Assembly: GCA_965198175.1 (NCBI GenBank)
Contig: OZ240245.1
Span: 672,001 to 736,000 of the forward strand
DNA from: Candidatus Poribacteria bacterium
GTDB lineage: Bacteria > Poribacteria > WGA-4E > PCPOR2b
Direction: 5' to 3'
Length of the DNA: 64,000 nt
The notes under the pieces are model-generated. The model did not search any database. It was not told the origin of the DNA and saw only the letters and a program-made list of their open reading frames with translations. The number at the start of each line of letters is the position of its first letter. Within the stretch, counting starts at the first letter, position 1. The position numbers and the translations under genes were made by a program. This document shows positions 60,791-64,000 of the stretch, piece after piece.

Positions 60791-60895
60791 AGGGAAATAA
60801 GGCGCCGAGTCCGATGAAGAATAGCGATGAACCTGTCTCATCTCAAACGAATTCAATCCGCGTAATCCCTTTACGCTACACTTGGCAACAAATCC

Positions 60896-61303
60896 ATGGA
60901 CGGTACAGAAAAGATTGTAGAACACTTGAAGATGACTCAAGCCATTATTAACCGTTTAGCAAACAACTGTGTCTTGGTCAAAGGCTGGAGCATGACCATC
61001 ATTCTCGCCGCGATGGTTTTAATCACCAAACATGAAATACAAAGCCCATATTTTGTCCCGGTGCTCCTCATTCTTCCTGTTTGGATTCTGGACGGATATT
61101 TCCTCCGGCAGGAGAGGTTATTTCGACAAGTATATAACGAAATTAGGGTTAGATGCGACACCGATTTCAATATGGATGTCCAAAAACACAAAAATAAACC
61201 GAAATGCGGCAGAGTATCAACTTTCTTTTCCCTTACTCTTGTTATTTTCTACTCGGTAGAGATTGCCTTCATGGTCGGCGTATTTGTCATAATCCAAATG
61301 TAA
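60896..61303 (+). CDS. Small 3-TM membrane protein
   Basis: HLKMTQAIINRLANNCVLVKGW...WILDGYFLRQERLFR motif and three hydrophobic segments. Confidence 0.72.
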   Translation: MDGTEKIVEHLKMTQAIINRLANNCVLVKGWSMTIILAAMVLITKHEIQSPYFVPVLLILPVWILDGYFLRQERLFRQVYNEIRVRCDTDFNMDVQKHKNKPKCGRVSTFFSLTLVIFYSVEIAFMVGVFVIIQM

Positions 61304-61631
61304 AACTGCTGGACGGCATCATCTCAGTGTCGAGCGATACCCAGAGCGAACCACACAACGCCGAAAAGTAAGCTAAGCAATATAGGCTAACGCAGGCTAA
61401 TTACGTCACGGAACTGGGGAAGTGTCACTGACCACTGGCATCCAAGTCTGGGAGCGGATTGAACACCGCCTACGTCAATTTCAAATCGACAAATTCAGCC
61501 TTTAGCCCAAATAGCGAATCTCGCTTGCGATAGCCTGGAGTGCTAAACACCGATTCGCGACTCACTGGTAACCCAAAGGCGCCCCAACTGCTGTAAAAAT
61601 TGCGCAAGACATCTTGAGAAAGTAAGCAACA

Positions 61632-62426
61632 ATGGTTACCCAGACGAAGATAGAGTGGACAGAATCGACCTGGAATCCGGTACGCGGCTGCAGCCGCGTC
61701 TCCGAAGGCTGTCGTTACTGCTACGCCGAACGTATCGCCGCGCGATTTGCTCAAAAGGGTTTGGCGTATGAGGGCATTGCCAAAATGACGAAGGCTGGAC
61801 CGCGCTGGACCAATCGCATTCAACGTGTGCCCGATGTATTGGATCAGCCCTTAAAATGGAAAAAACCTCGCTTGATATTCGTTAACTCCATGAGCGATCT
61901 GTTCCATGAGGATGTGCCGCTAGAATACATTCAAGAGGTATTCGATGTTATGAGACGGGCTGACCGGCACCAATTTCAAGTCCTCACCAAACGTGCAGAA
62001 CGCCTTGCAGAATTGAGTCCTAAGTTGCGCTGGCAACCAAATGTGTGGATGGGGGTAAGTGTGGAAAGCACAGAATACACCTTCCGGACAGATTGTCTGC
62101 GAGAGACCGCAGCAGAAATCAAGTTCCTCTCATTGGAGCCTTTACTTGGCTCACTTGGTCAACTCAGATTAAATGGTATAGACTGGGTGATTGTCGGAGG
62201 CGAATCAGGTCCTAGTGCGAGACCCATGGAGGAAGCGTGGGTTGCTGAGATTCGAGATCAGTGCCGCGACGCTTCGGTCCCACTATTTGTCAAGCAAATG
62301 GGTACTGTTTGGGCGCGACAGCGTCCGCTGAACGATGTCAAGGTCCGGAGTCGAGGGCGAAAAGGTGATAACATATCCGAATGGCCCGCAGATCTACGAA
62401 TACGTGACTACCCGAAATGGAGTTAG
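61632..62426 (+). CDS. DUF5131 (phage Gp37/Gp68-like, radical-SAM-like three-Cys motif) protein
   Basis: IEWT..TWNPVRGCSRVSEGCRYCYA, FVNSMSDLFH, LTKR, SLEPLL, WVIVGGESG, FVKQ. Confidence 0.92.
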   Translation: MVTQTKIEWTESTWNPVRGCSRVSEGCRYCYAERIAARFAQKGLAYEGIAKMTKAGPRWTNRIQRVPDVLDQPLKWKKPRLIFVNSMSDLFHEDVPLEYIQEVFDVMRRADRHQFQVLTKRAERLAELSPKLRWQPNVWMGVSVESTEYTFRTDCLRETAAEIKFLSLEPLLGSLGQLRLNGIDWVIVGGESGPSARPMEEAWVAEIRDQCRDASVPLFVKQMGTVWARQRPLNDVKVRSRGRKGDNISEWPADLRIRDYPKWS

Positions 62427-62629
62427 GGGTTTTGTGGCAGAGCCGCCCCCGCGGAAAGCAGGAGGTTTGAAAAGGGGTCAGGTAGTTGCCGACAACTCGA
62501 TTCCCAACTTAATGTGTGTATGATATACTTAACAGAATGAGTTAGAGAATCTTAGGAGCACAAAATCCAACTCTAGCTGGACAACTCAACGACGAAATTT
62601 GATTCTCAGACGCATCGGGAGTTACCGTC

Positions 62630-63781
62630 ATGATTACCAATCACCTCATCGCGAAAAACTGGCGTAATTTTCAACAGATTGATGTTCATCTTAGCGAACG
62701 TCAATTCATCGTAGGTGCGAATGCGTCTGGGAAATCCAACCTCCTCGACATTTTTCGCTTCCTTCGAGATATCGTAAAAGCAGAGGGAGGCGGCTTTCAG
62801 AAAGCTGTCAAGGACCGGGGCGGGCTCTCCAAAGTCCGTAGCTTGGCAGCGCGGCGCGATCCTGAGGTTACAATTGAAATACACCTTGCGGAGGATTCGG
62901 ACTCTCCTGCAACTTGGAAATATGGACTCGGATTTCGCCAAGAAACTCGCGGATATCGCCGGACTTATCTCACTTATGAGCGCGTGTGGAAAAACGGCGA
63001 CCAAATCATTAGTAGACCAAATGAAAAAGACGAGGCGGATCGCGACCGACTCACCCAGACTTTTCTTGAACAGATTAATGTCAATGCCGATTTTCGGGAG
63101 ATAGCGCGTTTCCTCCAAGCAATCAGATACCAGCATTTGGTTCCTCAACTATTGCGGTTTTCCAACTCGATTCAGGGAAGAATCGTTGAAGATGATCCGT
63201 TTGGGCAGGGGTTTCTTGAAAGGGTTGCTAGTGTCCCGGAAAAAACTCGCCGTACGCGATTGAAAAGAATTGAACAAGCCCTGAATTTTGCTGTGCCTCA
63301 ACTTGAGCAATTGGAATTTATTCGAGATGAAAATACCGGTCGCCCACATTTGCAAGCGCTCTATTCCCACTGGCGTCCAAAGGCAGGTTGGCAACGCGAA
63401 GATCAGTTTTCTGACGGAACGCTGCGCCTAATAGGACTACTCTGGACTCTTCTTGAGAGTGAGTCAATTCTCCTATTGGAGGAGCCAGAGCTTTCGTTAA
63501 ACGCCGGCATTGTGGCACACATCGCCTCTCTAATATCTAAGATGCAGAGAAGGAAACGGCGACAGGTCTTTGTGAGTACACACAGCGATGCCTTACTGAC
63601 CGAACAGGGAATTGATGGCACGGAGGTGCTTTTGCTCACGCCTGCCAAGGAAGGCACAGAGGTCAAAAGAGCCTCCGAAATCTCTGAGGTAGAGTCACTA
63701 CTGAAGAATGGACTGACAGTCGCTGAAGCTGTGCTTTCAAGAACCAAACCTGATCATCTCGAGCAGTTGAGTTTACTATAA
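62630..63781 (+). CDS. AAA_21/ABC-type ATPase
   Basis: GANASGKSN, FSDGTLRL signature, LLEEPE, STHS. Confidence 0.9.
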   Translation: MITNHLIAKNWRNFQQIDVHLSERQFIVGANASGKSNLLDIFRFLRDIVKAEGGGFQKAVKDRGGLSKVRSLAARRDPEVTIEIHLAEDSDSPATWKYGLGFRQETRGYRRTYLTYERVWKNGDQIISRPNEKDEADRDRLTQTFLEQINVNADFREIARFLQAIRYQHLVPQLLRFSNSIQGRIVEDDPFGQGFLERVASVPEKTRRTRLKRIEQALNFAVPQLEQLEFIRDENTGRPHLQALYSHWRPKAGWQREDQFSDGTLRLIGLLWTLLESESILLLEEPELSLNAGIVAHIASLISKMQRRKRRQVFVSTHSDALLTEQGIDGTEVLLLTPAKEGTEVKRASEISEVESLLKNGLTVAEAVLSRTKPDHLEQLSLL

Positions 63782-64000
63782 TGAGCCTGAACAGCGTAAT
63801 CCTGGCAGTTGAGGATAGTCTGAGCGATGCGGTTTCGACTAAAATTCTCAAGCATTTCGGCATCGAAATTTTGCTACGAATCCCAAACACTTATCAAGGC
63901 AAGTCCTACCTTCAGCGGCGAGCTGCCGAACTCAATCGATCAGCGGTGGGACCGCTTTATGTGTTTATGTTCACAGACCTAGATTCCCCGCAGACCTGTG
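63781..64000 (+). CDS. DUF4276/TOPRIM-like partner protein (partial)
   Basis: TAATG overlap with the ATPase. MSLNSVILAVED...GKSYL...FTDLDS has TOPRIM-like E and DxD residues. Confidence 0.72.
   Translation, partial: MSLNSVILAVEDSLSDAVSTKILKHFGIEILLRIPNTYQGKSYLQRRAAELNRSAVGPLYVFMFTDLDSPQTC

Noticed and set aside
61304..61631. IscB omegaRNA or other ncRNA
   Set aside because: Only vague similarity and no adjacent IscB/TnpB gene.
61632..62426. Prophage, based on the Gp37/Gp68 label
   Set aside because: No structural, terminase or integrase genes around it.
1..64000. tRNA or rRNA genes
   Set aside because: No cloverleaf or rRNA signature recognised by eye. A tRNAscan/Infernal run would be needed to exclude them fully.

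Overview
Bacterial chromosomal window with a housekeeping/metabolic half (1-42.9 kb, mostly minus strand) and a defence island (about 43-64 kb). The gene mix (PhyH, Gfo/Idh/MocA, CehA/McbA-type hydrolases, DUF4175, T9SS-like C-terminal domains) suggests Candidatus Poribacteria or a relative; this is inference only. The first half holds a split-cytochrome-b Rieske/b6/subunit IV complex with an 8-CxxCH multiheme cytochrome c. Two of its promoters share an identical 16-bp palindrome. It also holds a sigma54-preceded secreted (alpha/alpha) toroid protein, a secreted YceI protein carrying 29 Asn-Pro-Cys triplets beside a Crp/Fnr regulator, and a PhyH gene paired with a small unknown protein. Further along are an apparently inactivated IS3, a TroABCD/MntABCD metal ABC operon with a DtxR-type operator, metallohydrolases (one apparently starting at ATT) and glycan-active genes. 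The island contains two orphan DNA methyltransferases, a type IIG-like methyltransferase, an HNH nuclease and a complete type II CBASS (cap4-cdnD-cap2-cap3). After that come genes separated by a recurring ~38-bp repeat, HicAB and AlbA remnants, a small membrane protein, DUF5131, and an AAA ATPase/TOPRIM-like pair. The most unusual items are the NPC-repeat YceI protein, the octaheme bc complex with its shared operator, and the repeat-delimited cassette-like defence array. All family assignments come from motif recognition by eye; no database searches were run.
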